Source: Candidatus Nanoarchaeia archaeon (GTDB lineage: Archaea; Nanobdellota; Nanobdellia; Tiddalikarchaeales; Tiddalikarchaeaceae). Taken from it: a DNA stretch of 64,000 bases. This document shows positions 9,437-19,623 of the stretch, one piece after another. Positions within the stretch are counted from its first letter, which is position 1. Every line of letters begins with the position of its first letter. The notes beneath the pieces are model-generated. The model saw only the letters and a list, made by a program, of their open reading frames with translations. It ran no database searches and was not told where the DNA came from. The translations under genes and the position numbers were made by a program. The stretch is from assembly GCA_041652755.1 (NCBI GenBank), contig JBAZGS010000002.1, forward strand, positions 24,516 through 88,515, in the 5' to 3' direction.

Positions 9437-11485
9437 TTATTTTTTTACAAGTTTTGCTTTCTTAATTAAGTAATCATAATTATCTTTGTCTTTTATGATT
9501 TCAGAGTCCATTATTTTAATTTTTTTAGTAAATAGTGGGCTGTCAAGAACAATGGATTCGTATTCGCCGCCTTCTCCAGCAACATTAATTCCTAACTTAT
9601 TCCTTAAATCAACTAATTCACTGATTTCTTTTTGACTTATTGCTTTGCCTAATAATTTTTCATCTAAACCCATTGCAGCAGTTTTGACTAATATAAATTC
9701 AAAATGGTTCTGCAGCAGCTCTTTAAGTTCTAATTCCTGGTCTTTATGCCAAAGGGGTGAAAAAATTTTCAAGTTAAGCTCTTCGCAAAGCTCGAAAATC
9801 CTGCTTCTCTGGTAATTGCTGAATAATGCGCCAGTGATTATTCCATCCAAACAATACTTATCCCTTGCTTTTTTCAGCAGTTTTTTCAAATCTTTCAATT
9901 CCTCTTCCTTGATTCCAACAGTTTTTCCGAAAATTACAGGAACATTCAATGCAAAAGACTGAAGCTTAATAATTTCTTTATCAGCTTTCTGAAACATGTA
10001 ACTGTAATCTAGCTCATTAATCATTGTTATCAGGCAGGAAATATCATAGTTCTGCCTTTTCATAATAAACATTGCCAAGTTGCTGTCCTTTCCTCCGCTA
10101 TACAATGCACCTAACCTTAGATTAGGAATTTTTCTTATGGATTTAAGAAAATCAGACTTGCCAAGAAACTTTTTGCTTAAAATCTCAAGAATCTTGTCGC
10201 TTTTGCTTCCATACTGGGCAGCTAATTTTTTTTTGTTATAAATAATTTCATTAATCCCCAAATTCTCTGCAACGTTTCTAAGAATGATTTTTTTCTCAGA
10301 GTTATTAATTTTTAACTCAGCAGGTACGCTTAATCCAATATTAATCAAATCATAGTCTAGGAAAGGCAATCTTAATTCAATATTATGAAACATTGTCAAG
10401 CAATCATCCCTGTACAAATCCCTTTCATACAATTGCTTGAGTCCATAAATGCATTCTTCATTTATATTATTTGATTTTTCAAACCTTTTATATCCAGCGA
10501 ATACTTCTTCGCTCCCAAGCCCTGAAAATATAACCTTAACATTGTCTTCCTTTGCCAACTGGCAAGCATAAAAAAAAGGAATGCTAACTCCCACTTTTAC
10601 AGCATTACTGGATTCTATTATTTCGCAAATTTTAGGCAAATCTTTTCTGACATCGTTTTCATCAAAGTACTTGATTTTTAATTTGAATCCATGTAGATTT
10701 GCGGAATTATTTGCAGAAAAAGCGTCCTCGCTTTTCTTGCCCAAGGCTGCTGCAGTATAGCATGTGAATTCAGCACCTAGCATCTTTAATATGTAAGCTA
10801 TAAGTGTTGAATCAATACCTCCTGAGAATAGCACACCTATTTTTACCCCTTCAGGTATCCTTTTTTTAACTGATTCAACCAATGAGTTCTTGATGATTTC
10901 TTGCCAGTCATCTCTTTTGATTTCTTTGATTTTCAAAAAACCCAAGTATTCTAATTTCATTTTCTTAGTTTTTATGTCATAAATTATAATATTTCTGGGG
11001 TTAAGCTCAACAGCATAATCAATTCCCTGAGAAGTCAATGCTTTTTTTTCGCTTGCAAAGCAAAATTTTTTGTCATAAAACCATAACGGCTTTTCACCTA
11101 ACTTATCTCTGAACAAATAAACCTTTTTTTTGCTGATATAGCATGCAGCGTAAACTCCATCAAATTCATCAATCGCTTTCTTGAGTCCAATCTTTTTTAT
11201 GAGCTTAATCATTAAATCAGCGTCGTTCAAAACGCTTAAGTTATATTTTTTTGCCAATTTTAAATAATTATAAATTTCGCAGTTAGCAATTAACACATCA
11301 TTTTTGTAAATTATTGGCTGCTTGACGAATCCAACTACTGAATGCAGCAAATGCCCAATTGAATAATTCTTAGTTGACATTATGCTGAATCCATCAATGC
11401 CCCTGTAGCTGATTATTTTTGCAGCATTTTTCACAAAAATTTCATGGCCTTTAAAAAAGCATCCGAGTATTCCGCACATAATCAT
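9437..11485 (-). CDS. asparagine synthetase (glutamine-hydrolysing)-like protein fused to a C-terminal Dph6/MJ0570-like PP-loop ATP pyrophosphatase domain
   Basis: N-terminal MCGI Ntn-glutaminase start and AsnB PP-loop VLFSGGIDSTLIAY. The C-terminal roughly 220 aa carry a second PP-loop, ALYSGGKDSNLAMF...SYMFQ...LQSFALNVPVIF, matching the diphthine-ammonia ligase (DUF71) pattern. Confidence 0.65.
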   Translation of the reverse strand: MIMCGILGCFFKGHEIFVKNAAKIISYRGIDGFSIMSTKNYSIGHLLHSVVGFVKQPIIYKNDVLIANCEIYNYLKLAKKYNLSVLNDADLMIKLIKKIGLKKAIDEFDGVYAACYISKKKVYLFRDKLGEKPLWFYDKKFCFASEKKALTSQGIDYAVELNPRNIIIYDIKTKKMKLEYLGFLKIKEIKRDDWQEIIKNSLVESVKKRIPEGVKIGVLFSGGIDSTLIAYILKMLGAEFTCYTAAALGKKSEDAFSANNSANLHGFKLKIKYFDENDVRKDLPKICEIIESSNAVKVGVSIPFFYACQLAKEDNVKVIFSGLGSEEVFAGYKRFEKSNNINEECIYGLKQLYERDLYRDDCLTMFHNIELRLPFLDYDLINIGLSVPAELKINNSEKKIILRNVAENLGINEIIYNKKKLAAQYGSKSDKILEILSKKFLGKSDFLKSIRKIPNLRLGALYSGGKDSNLAMFIMKRQNYDISCLITMINELDYSYMFQKADKEIIKLQSFALNVPVIFGKTVGIKEEELKDLKKLLKKARDKYCLDGIITGALFSNYQRSRIFELCEELNLKIFSPLWHKDQELELKELLQNHFEFILVKTAAMGLDEKLLGKAISQKEISELVDLRNKLGINVAGEGGEYESIVLDSPLFTKKIKIMDSEIIKDKDNYDYLIKKAKLVKK

Positions 11486-11537
11486 ATGATAGGATTAATA
11501 ATATTTTAAAATAATCGATTCCTATTTTTACCTTGCA

Positions 11538-12092
11538 ATGGACAGTGAAATTGAAAAAAGGATGCTTGCAAAGCTTAAGGAGAATTTGGAAAAACCAAAA
11601 GAAGATGCTTTCGGAGATGATGACATTGTTGATAATTTAAGGGATGAATTCAAGCAAGAAGGGGGTTCTGTGAACTCTGAAACACCTAATACGTTCAGCA
11701 GCGAAGAATTAGGAGAGGATGAATTAGAAGATGAATTAATTGATGATGATTTCAAGAAGAATGATGAAGATTTTCTTGAAAGCGAAACAATAAATGATGA
11801 ACTATCTAGCTTAGCGGGAGAACAGGGCAATAATGAGCCAAAGCAAGCAACTGAAGAAAACAAAGAAAAACTTGAGCAAAAAACAAGTGATTCTAAAATA
11901 GAACAAGATTCTTTTTCAGTTAAACCTTCAAGCACCAGTATTCAAGCGCCTGCAAGTGAACCTAGCAAGGCTCCACTACCTAACCCTGTTGAGCAAAAGC
12001 CTATAAAAAAAAATTCAAGGGCAGGGTTGCTAATCTTTTTCATAATATTGGTTATAATAATGATTGCAGGAGTCTTTTATTTCATGTCATGA
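11538..12092 (+). CDS. acidic protein with single C-terminal TM anchor
   Basis: D/E-rich low-complexity N-terminal 150 aa and a C-terminal hydrophobic helix LLIFFIILVIIMIAGVFYF. Confidence 0.35.
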   Translation: MDSEIEKRMLAKLKENLEKPKEDAFGDDDIVDNLRDEFKQEGGSVNSETPNTFSSEELGEDELEDELIDDDFKKNDEDFLESETINDELSSLAGEQGNNEPKQATEENKEKLEQKTSDSKIEQDSFSVKPSSTSIQAPASEPSKAPLPNPVEQKPIKKNSRAGLLIFFIILVIIMIAGVFYFMS

Positions 12093-12722
12093 ATTTTTTT
12101 TCTCAAATATTTTTTTAGAAGTCAAATATCCCAAATCAAAGAGCAAAAGAAGCAAGAATATGCTGATGTTTGAATAAACCACTGATAGAACTGCTGCAGT
12201 TATCTCTAATAAAGGCCTTATGCTTAAAAATTTCAGCATAAACCCTTTTATTTTTTTCTTGTCAACAATGTTGTCATTAATCCATTCTTCAGCATAGCAT
12301 ATAATCATGCTTAATATTAGTATTTGCCAATTGCTTATTATTGGCTTAAAGATTATGCTTGAAAAAATTACAAAACTAATGATTGCGCTAAAATGCTCTT
12401 TTGAATCAATCTTTTTTGCAAAAATGACTCCTAAAAGTATGCCTAAGAAAAATTCTGGCAAAAAAATAATCCTTAATAAGTAAGCAAGCAAGGCGCCGTA
12501 AATTATTGACAATGAATACCTTATGTAAGTTTTCAGCTTTAAGCCATGCTCTATGGAGCTGTCTACTATTTTTACAATCAAACCCAAAGCAAACGATAAC
12601 AAGTACCCAATCATTGTTTTTTTTAAGCTTTTACTTTTTAAAAATTGTGCTAAATAAAAATAGTGAATATTGAAAGAATGCCTGCAGTCAGTGAGGCGCT
12701 TATTGAAGAGTCGAGGTACCAT
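12087..12722 (-). CDS. integral membrane protein
   Basis: Several hydrophobic segments. Confidence 0.35.
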   Translation of the reverse strand: MVPRLFNKRLTDCRHSFNIHYFYLAQFLKSKSLKKTMIGYLLSFALGLIVKIVDSSIEHGLKLKTYIRYSLSIIYGALLAYLLRIIFLPEFFLGILLGVIFAKKIDSKEHFSAIISFVIFSSIIFKPIISNWQILILSMIICYAEEWINDNIVDKKKIKGFMLKFLSIRPLLEITAAVLSVVYSNISIFLLLLLFDLGYLTSKKIFEKKNS

Positions 12723-13936
12723 TCTTCTTTAACATATCCTAAAAGCACACCAATAGGGAAAATTATTACAATTCCAACTAGGGCATAATGAATTGTTGAA
12801 AAACTCGCATTAAAAACATCAAATTTAAGAATAGACCATAGCAATGCCTGGATTGCAACGCTTTTGTTTTTGCTATTTTTTATTTTCAAAGCCCTTTGAA
12901 TTATTCCCCTGAAAAAGAATTCAGAACTTATAGTTGTAAGCAGTATTGAAAATATTAGCAGAATCATGTTTGGGGAGTAATTATTTGTTTTCACTAATGA
13001 AGTGAAAAGATTGGAAGTTACTAAGTAATAAAAAAATATTAAAATTCCAATCAATACTCCCATATCTTTTTTAACAGGATTGCCTTTTAAAAGTAAACAA
13101 TCTAGTCCAAGTTTTTTCTTTTTCAGATAAATTACTGAAAAAATGATAAAATATGCTGAAAGAATCAATAAATAATAATCTTTCAAATCAAAGACAAATT
13201 TGTTAATTATGAACAATGAAAAGTATAGAATTAAGTAAAACACTATTCCTATTTTTGACATCTTGTCAGAATAAATGCTTAAGTTTTCATTCCTTTTAAT
13301 GAATCTTTCCTCTCTTTCTTTAAATTTTTCAATTTTTTTTTGCCGCAAAGTCACAAAAATTTTTGAGCCCTTGCTCATTGGAACAAATACCCAAATAATT
13401 TTGTTAATTGTATAAATTATTAGAAAAAACACTATTCCTGCAATTAGTGTCACAAAATCTAGATTAATATTTGAATAAACAATTATTATTGCAAAATAAT
13501 TAATGAAATTAACTGGCAAGGTTGAATTGATTATAAAACTTATTCCTTTAGGGACTAAGTGGAAATAATTAATAATTAATTGAATGATGTTGTATAATAT
13601 TAAAGAATATATAAAGAAAGCCTTGTTTGAAAGAAGTGAATCTTTCTGCCAAAGAACTTGCAAAAGGTTCAATCCTACAAATAAAAGGGCAATGTTATTT
13701 CCAAATGCAGTATTCCATCCTAGCTGCTCGTTTTTGTATCTGCCAAAATAAAAAATCATAAGCAATGTTGCAGCTATTAAAGGGGTGATAATCCATAAAA
13801 TGTTAGGGTAATTGAATGGGGTAAAAACTATTTCAATCAATCTAGGTATTAAAAAATTAAAAATGAAAAGTAATAACTTTTTAGATAATTCTGCATATGA
13901 ATCATTGAGGGAGGATAAAATCCAAGAGTAAACCAT
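12650..13936 (-). CDS. polytopic membrane protein with C-terminal CPBP (CAAX protease/Abi)-like domain
   Basis: C-terminal SSEFFFRG (EExxxR-like motif 1) followed by FSTIHY; at least 10 predicted TM helices. Confidence 0.35.
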   Translation of the reverse strand: MVYSWILSSLNDSYAELSKKLLLFIFNFLIPRLIEIVFTPFNYPNILWIITPLIAATLLMIFYFGRYKNEQLGWNTAFGNNIALLFVGLNLLQVLWQKDSLLSNKAFFIYSLILYNIIQLIINYFHLVPKGISFIINSTLPVNFINYFAIIIVYSNINLDFVTLIAGIVFFLIIYTINKIIWVFVPMSKGSKIFVTLRQKKIEKFKEREERFIKRNENLSIYSDKMSKIGIVFYLILYFSLFIINKFVFDLKDYYLLILSAYFIIFSVIYLKKKKLGLDCLLLKGNPVKKDMGVLIGILIFFYYLVTSNLFTSLVKTNNYSPNMILLIFSILLTTISSEFFFRGIIQRALKIKNSKNKSVAIQALLWSILKFDVFNASFSTIHYALVGIVIIFPIGVLLGYVKEEWYLDSSISASLTAGILSIFTIFI

Positions 13937-13972
13937 TAATAATAATTAATGCCAATAATTTAAAAAAACTAT

Positions 13973-14881
13973 TTATTTATTGCTGCACAATTTTTTCAGC
14001 TCTTCAAATCTTTCATCAATTTCTTGCTGAATCTCTTTAATTAATTCTTTGTTTTCAGGTAGCAATAATTGCTTGAATCTGCCTTGGGTTTTCAAGAACT
14101 CCTCAATAGGCTTTCTTTTGGCAGGTTCATAGTTAAGAGTGTACTTTTTATTATTATATTCATAGATTGGCCAAAAATTAGTTTCAACTGCTAATTTAGC
14201 TATTTGGATTGACTGGTCAGTCTTTGAACCCCAGCCTAAAGGGCATGGGCTGAGAACTATTAATACGCTAGGGCCTTTGGTGTTGAATGCTTTCTCTGCC
14301 TTCATTGCCAAGTCCATGAAATTATTAGGGCTTGCTGTTGCAACATAGTTTATGTTATGTGCTATTGCTATCTTTGCCAAATCTTTCCTGAACTCAGGCT
14401 TGCCTCCAGGGGTAGTGGTAGTGTAAGCTCCTTTTGGAGTTGCGCTGCTTCTCTGTATTCCAGTATTCATGTAAGCCTCATTGTCATAGCAAACGTATAA
14501 GAAATCTTCCTTCCTTTCCAGTGCGCCGCTTAATGACTGAAGCCCTATATCATAAGTTCCTCCATCTCCTCCGAACACCACGAATTTAACATCTTCTTTT
14601 ATTTTGCCGCTTTTTTTCATTGCTTTATAAGCCCTGCTTACTCCTGTCATTGTTGCTGAAGCGTTCTCAAAAGCATTATGAATAAAAGGAGTATTCCAGC
14701 TGGTGAATGGATAAATAGTGCTTGTTACTTCCAAGCAGCCTGTTGCAGCTCCAACAACCACTGGATTTTTAGTTGCTGCAAGTATTGTCCTTACAATCAA
14801 GGGAAATCCGCAGCCAGCGCAGCTTCTGTGTCCGCTTACAAACCTTTCAGGTGCATTGACCAAATCTTTTATTGTAATCAT
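13973..14881 (-). CDS. porB: pyruvate:ferredoxin oxidoreductase beta subunit (TPP-binding)
   Basis: CxGCG start and a GDG-x-N TPP-binding region. Last gene of the porGDAB cluster, overlapping porA by 4 nt. Confidence 0.85.
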   Translation of the reverse strand: MITIKDLVNAPERFVSGHRSCAGCGFPLIVRTILAATKNPVVVGAATGCLEVTSTIYPFTSWNTPFIHNAFENASATMTGVSRAYKAMKKSGKIKEDVKFVVFGGDGGTYDIGLQSLSGALERKEDFLYVCYDNEAYMNTGIQRSSATPKGAYTTTTPGGKPEFRKDLAKIAIAHNINYVATASPNNFMDLAMKAEKAFNTKGPSVLIVLSPCPLGWGSKTDQSIQIAKLAVETNFWPIYEYNNKKYTLNYEPAKRKPIEEFLKTQGRFKQLLLPENKELIKEIQQEIDERFEELKKLCSNK

Positions 14882-16020
14882 TTTGAATTAACAAACCTCA
14901 TTTGCTTTTTATTATTAACCATGTTCATGAATAATTCCATAACATTCTCTTTAAATATTTCCCTTCCCCCTAATCCATAAATAGCGCTTTCAACTTTTTT
15001 ATTTTTCATAGTGCAAAGTATTTCTGAATAAAGTGGCGCATTAGCTCCGAAGCTTTCACTTCTATCTAAAACAGTGATGCTTTTGGCATTAAACAAAGGT
15101 TTCATTATTTCACTATAAGGGAAAGGCCTAAACATCCTGATTTTAAGCAATCCTGCTTTTATGCCTTTAGTTCTTAATTCGTCAACAGAGTCTTTTATGA
15201 GTCCGCAAACACTGTTAAGAGCAACTATTACATAATCAGCATCTGATGCTTTATAATTTTCAACAGGTTCATATAATCTTTTGCTTAAGTTATAGTATTC
15301 TTGAGAAATCTTTTTATATTCTGCTAAGACCTTATCCATTTCTAAGCTTAACTGTTTTTTAGTTTCAAAGTAAGAATCTGTAAGCTCCAAAGGGCCCATT
15401 GATACGCATTTTTTGAAATCAAGCAAATAATACTTTGGCTTGAATGTTTTTATAAATTTCTTAACCTCCATGTCTTTCAAAACTTCCATGTTCTGGAAGC
15501 AATGGCTGCAAATGAATCCATCCTGCATAACCATTAAAGGAATGCTCATTTTTTCAGCAAGCTTTAATCCTATTATTGTTTGGTCATAGACTTCCTGGGA
15601 ATTTTCGCTGTATAGCTGAATCCATCCGCTGTCTCGGCAAGCCATGCTGTCCGAATGGTCGCAATGAATATTTATTGGTCCGCTTAATGCCCTGTTAACT
15701 ATGTTAAGAATTATTGGAAGCCTTTGCCCGCTTGCAACACCTAAGATTTCAAACATGTAAGCTAGGCCTGCACTGCTTGTTGCGCTCATAGCCCTAGCTC
15801 CAGCACTGCTAGCTCCAACCAATGCGCTTAAAGCGCTGTGTTCACTTTCAACTAAGACGAATTCAGTGGTAACTTTTTTGTCTTTAACATAAATTGCGTA
15901 CTCTTTCATGATATCAGTCTGAGGGGTAATAGGGAAAGCGCTAACAACTTCAGGATTAATCTGTTTCATTGCATAGCTTGCGGATTGGGCTCCGGTTAAT
16001 TCAATTTTCATAAATCGCAC
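14878..16020 (-). CDS. porA: pyruvate:ferredoxin oxidoreductase alpha subunit
   Basis: PFOR alpha-domain pattern; sits between porD and porB with overlapping stop and start. Confidence 0.85.
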   Translation of the reverse strand: MRFMKIELTGAQSASYAMKQINPEVVSAFPITPQTDIMKEYAIYVKDKKVTTEFVLVESEHSALSALVGASSAGARAMSATSSAGLAYMFEILGVASGQRLPIILNIVNRALSGPINIHCDHSDSMACRDSGWIQLYSENSQEVYDQTIIGLKLAEKMSIPLMVMQDGFICSHCFQNMEVLKDMEVKKFIKTFKPKYYLLDFKKCVSMGPLELTDSYFETKKQLSLEMDKVLAEYKKISQEYYNLSKRLYEPVENYKASDADYVIVALNSVCGLIKDSVDELRTKGIKAGLLKIRMFRPFPYSEIMKPLFNAKSITVLDRSESFGANAPLYSEILCTMKNKKVESAIYGLGGREIFKENVMELFMNMVNNKKQMRFVNSK

Positions 16021-16298
16021 TCCTCCAATTTTTTCATTTCAATTGCTTTAAATGGGCATTGTGTTGCGCATATTCCGCAGCCTTTGCAATAATTTAAATC
16101 AGCATCCTGAACCTTTCCATTCTTTACTTTTATGCAATTTTCAGGGCAAAAAACTGCGCATAATAAGCAGTTAGTGCATTTTTTTTGGTCCCTTATTGGC
16201 TTAAAGCTCTTCCAATCCCCAGTTTTATATTCTAAGCTGCTAGCTTTCTTGTCAATAACTCCGCCTGTAGGCATTTCTGAGCTTTTTAATTTTTTCAT
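16008..16298 (-). CDS. porD: pyruvate:ferredoxin oxidoreductase delta subunit (2x[4Fe-4S] ferredoxin)
   Basis: CTNCLLCAVFCP and CKGCGICATQCP cluster motifs. Confidence 0.85.
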   Translation of the reverse strand: MKKLKSSEMPTGGVIDKKASSLEYKTGDWKSFKPIRDQKKCTNCLLCAVFCPENCIKVKNGKVQDADLNYCKGCGICATQCPFKAIEMKKLEECDL

Positions 16299-16846
16299 AA
16301 ATTAACACCTTTATAACATTCTTTAATTGCTTTAATATTTGATTCAACAACTTTTTCTTTTCCAGCGCTTTCAAAAAATTGCTTAATGATTTTATTAACT
16401 GATTCAATCTTAATTGAGTTTTCAAATTTTAATAATGAGCCAATCATTGGAATGCTAGGCTTATCTAAACCTATAGATTCTAATGAAATCTTTGAAGCAT
16501 CAATAACTGCTATTTTGTTTTTTAATTTATATTTATCAACATATTTTTGCGGCATGCAAGTGTCATTAATGACTAAAACAGCGTTTTTTAAATCAAGGCT
16601 TAAAACAAGATTTATCAAAGTTTTGTCAATTAAAACCACAAAATCAGGCTTAAGTATTGGAGAAAAATCCCTGATTGGCTTATTGTCAATTTTAACATAA
16701 GATTTTACAGGAGCTCCCATTCTTTCAGGCCCGTATTCTGGGAATTCTTGAATCATTAATCCTTGAAGTGCAGCTGATTTTGCTAAAACATTTGCAGCGC
16801 TTTTTGCACCTTGCCCTGCCCTTGCTATGAATATAAAATTTTTCAC
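16295..16846 (-). CDS. porG: pyruvate:ferredoxin oxidoreductase gamma subunit
   Basis: First gene of the porGDAB operon; matches the gamma-subunit family by size and sequence. Confidence 0.8.
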   Translation of the reverse strand: MKNFIFIARAGQGAKSAANVLAKSAALQGLMIQEFPEYGPERMGAPVKSYVKIDNKPIRDFSPILKPDFVVLIDKTLINLVLSLDLKNAVLVINDTCMPQKYVDKYKLKNKIAVIDASKISLESIGLDKPSIPMIGSLLKFENSIKIESVNKIIKQFFESAGKEKVVESNIKAIKECYKGVNL

Positions 16847-17094
16847 AAATAATAATATTTAATGAAATCTTTTAAATGTTTTTAAATAATGAGAGATTAT
16901 CTACATAGTATGTTTAATTTATTTTGTAAAAAGAAAAAATTGGAAAAAAAACCTGGCAAGAAATATTGGATTGCAGCAATTTTTTTTGCAATAATAGCTC
17001 CAGCAGTATTGATTTCAAAGCTTAATAGCAGAAAAAAGAAGCTATAATGATTAAGCCAATTTTTTTTTTAAGTTTCTAAAATTATTTTTTTTCC

Positions 17095-17364
17095 TTACAA
17101 GTCTTCCTCAGCAATAAGTATGTAGTCGCCGACTGCTATTACTGCATTGAATGGAATCCTTATATCTCCTTCTTTTGTCTTTTCTAAATCAAAGTTTAGT
17201 GCATAAGAAGTTGGATCTTTTACAACGAAAGATATTAATTCTCCGCTGCCAGTATCAAATATTAAGTCACTAGTTTTTCCAAAGGTTTTGCCACTTCTTG
17301 AAACTACTGTTTTATTCATCAAATTTTTTGTTGGAACTTTTTCATCTATGCTTTTGTTTGGCAT
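17095..17364 (-). CDS. PRC-barrel domain protein
   Basis: 89-aa protein with a PRC-barrel-like pattern (GK.FG...D...D...GE...F.V). Confidence 0.4.
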   Translation of the reverse strand: MPNKSIDEKVPTKNLMNKTVVSRSGKTFGKTSDLIFDTGSGELISFVVKDPTSYALNFDLEKTKEGDIRIPFNAVIAVGDYILIAEEDL

Positions 17365-17457
17365 GTTTAATAATCACCTACTAGTAAAAATTAATAATGT
17401 CATTCTTTTAAAATCTTTTCTCTTTTTTAAAAAAAGAGGTTTTTAATGGGTGCTTAT

Positions 17458-18135
17458 TCAATATGCTTTAAATACGTTCTCCCAAGAAATGAACACTAAA
17501 ATAAAGACTGCTAGTAAGAATAACAAAGAGAGTATAAGGTTTATTTTAAAAATTGCCAGGAATGAAAAAATCATTGAGCAAACAAGTATTCCAATCCATA
17601 AAAACCTGTTCCACCACAAAATGTTGCTTCCTTCAAATTTTGCAAAAGGAATAAGCGAAAAAAGCAGGAGTAAGATATTTATATCCATCATTTTTTGAAA
17701 AAATAAAGGGCTTACGTTGAATAATAATAGTGAAGCAATTATTAATAGGGTGCTGGGCAGTATTCCGCTTAATGAAATCCATCCTTTTTCGCTAATAGTT
17801 ATGTTTGAGTAAGATTTTCCAAGGCGCTTAATCTGCTTTTGGCTTGGTGTGATGAATCCCAGCATTGGAAAAACAATTGAGCCAAAAGACATAAGTGACA
17901 ATACTAGGCTTATTATGAAGAAATTGTAGCTAAATGAGTAATTGGCATCCAAATCATATTTTTTTGCAACAAATTTTTCAGCAATTATCTTTAAAGTTGT
18001 TGAAACTCCATAAATCACAACATAAACTAAAATGTTTTTAAAATCAAAAAGAGCTGAAAGAAGGCTTAATCCTATAATTGAGATTATTAAATCCCTTGTT
18101 TCTTCTTTTTTGAATTCCATATATTTTATTTGCAT
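17458..18135 (-). CDS. integral membrane protein
   Basis: 6-7 hydrophobic helices. Confidence 0.35.
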   Translation of the reverse strand: MQIKYMEFKKEETRDLIISIIGLSLLSALFDFKNILVYVVIYGVSTTLKIIAEKFVAKKYDLDANYSFSYNFFIISLVLSLMSFGSIVFPMLGFITPSQKQIKRLGKSYSNITISEKGWISLSGILPSTLLIIASLLLFNVSPLFFQKMMDINILLLLFSLIPFAKFEGSNILWWNRFLWIGILVCSMIFSFLAIFKINLILSLLFLLAVFILVFISWENVFKAY

Positions 18136-18217
18136 TGATTATTAAAAAACTAAATTATTTACTATATTGTAAATAATTAGTTATAGTTTTATAAAAAACT
18201 CCATCATAAAATAATCA

Positions 18218-18880
18218 ATGATATCAGTTGCAGTAGTTGGCGCACAAACAAGCGGCAATTTAGGGGCAATCTCTAGAATAATGGCAAACTTTGGGCTAAA
18301 AGAGCTTTATTTAGTGAATCCAAAATGCGAAGTAATCACTGATGAATCCAAGGCCAGGGCAATGCGCTCAATAAAACTCTTAGAGAAAGCCAAAATAATA
18401 AAAAATTTAAGTGAAATAAAAGCAGACTATTTAATAGCTACAAGCGCCAAATTAGGCAGCTCAAGCAATATTCACAGATTATACTTGACTCCAAAAGACT
18501 TAGCAAAAAACATTGACAGTAAACTTAATTACTGTATAATAATAGGCAGGGAAGACATTGGCTTACTAAATGAAGAAATCAAAGAGTGCAGCATCTTAGT
18601 CCATATTCCAACAAGCAAAGAGTACAAAGCAATGAACATCAGCCATGCGTTAGCAGTAATCTTATATGAGCTTTTCAGCCAAGAAAGCAATATAGAAAAA
18701 CTGGCAAACAAAAGAGAATTAAAAGCAGTAATTTTAAGGCTTGATGAGCTCAAAAGAGGAATTAAAAACTATGATAACTTCAAAGAAGTATTCATAAACA
18801 TAATCAACCGCGCATTTGTCAGAAAAAAGGAAGCAAGGGCTCTTGCAGGATTGTTTAAAAAAATCAAAGAAAAACAATAA
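18218..18880 (+). CDS. SpoU/TrmH-family RNA 2'-O-methyltransferase
   Basis: VAVVGAQTSGNLGAISRIMANFG N-terminal SPOUT motif and the C-terminal IPT..NISHALAVILYE motif. Confidence 0.7.
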   Translation: MISVAVVGAQTSGNLGAISRIMANFGLKELYLVNPKCEVITDESKARAMRSIKLLEKAKIIKNLSEIKADYLIATSAKLGSSSNIHRLYLTPKDLAKNIDSKLNYCIIIGREDIGLLNEEIKECSILVHIPTSKEYKAMNISHALAVILYELFSQESNIEKLANKRELKAVILRLDELKRGIKNYDNFKEVFINIINRAFVRKKEARALAGLFKKIKEKQ

Positions 18881-18919
18881 TTAAAACTTTTTTAAAGAGA
18901 TTTATTCCTATTATTAATC

Positions 18920-19621
18920 ATGGAAGCATGCATAAAAGCTAAAGAAATAGCTAAATACTTTAAATTAAATTCAGCAGAGGATTTGATTAATAGGATGCCT
19001 GAGTTAATCATTCATGATTTTGATAGTGCGGGTAATAGGAGAAAAGATTCTTTAACATATATTATTAAGCCAAGCTCAACCATTAATTATATCTATTCAA
19101 AGCTTCCAAAAAACGCTTCAGAACTTTATACTCCAGCAGTTCTTACCTGCCTTCAGCAAGCAAGATTCGCAGCAGACATGATTAATTATTGCCTAAAAGA
19201 AGAGTCAGATTCTCCAGCAAAAGTAGTTGAAGGATATTTCATTAATATTAAGAAAATGAATTGGTCAAAAAAAGGAGAATTCATAAAAGAGAACGGAAAA
19301 ATTTTAAGAGGTGGCCATGAAATGGTATTATTTAAAGAAAAATTAATGGATTCTTCTAATAATTCTGAAAAAATATATGGAAGAGAAATAATTAGTCCTT
19401 TAAGCATTCCTTACAAAATAACTGAGTCAAGAGGATTTTATGAAGATAAAGGAGCATATGTTAATTTAATTGGAAAAAATAATGAAGTGTTTGAGCATGA
19501 TGTTGATAAGGATTGGGAAAAATGGGGACATTTGTCAAACCAGGACTTAGAAAAAGCAATTGAATCAGCCAACTTGGCTGAAGAGAAAGAATTCTTGTCA
19601 AAAATAAAACCAAAAAAATAA
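18920..19621 (+). CDS. hypothetical protein
   Basis: 233-aa ORF with no recognised motif. Confidence 0.3.
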   Translation: MEACIKAKEIAKYFKLNSAEDLINRMPELIIHDFDSAGNRRKDSLTYIIKPSSTINYIYSKLPKNASELYTPAVLTCLQQARFAADMINYCLKEESDSPAKVVEGYFINIKKMNWSKKGEFIKENGKILRGGHEMVLFKEKLMDSSNNSEKIYGREIISPLSIPYKITESRGFYEDKGAYVNLIGKNNEVFEHDVDKDWEKWGHLSNQDLEKAIESANLAEEKEFLSKIKPKK

Positions 19622-19623
19622 TT

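Noticed and set aside
11528-11935. 135-aa Ser-rich ORF on the minus strand
   Set aside because: It is antisense to the acidic-protein gene 11538-12092. A Ser-rich frame is the expected mirror of a GAA/GAT-rich sense strand, so this is a likely artefact.
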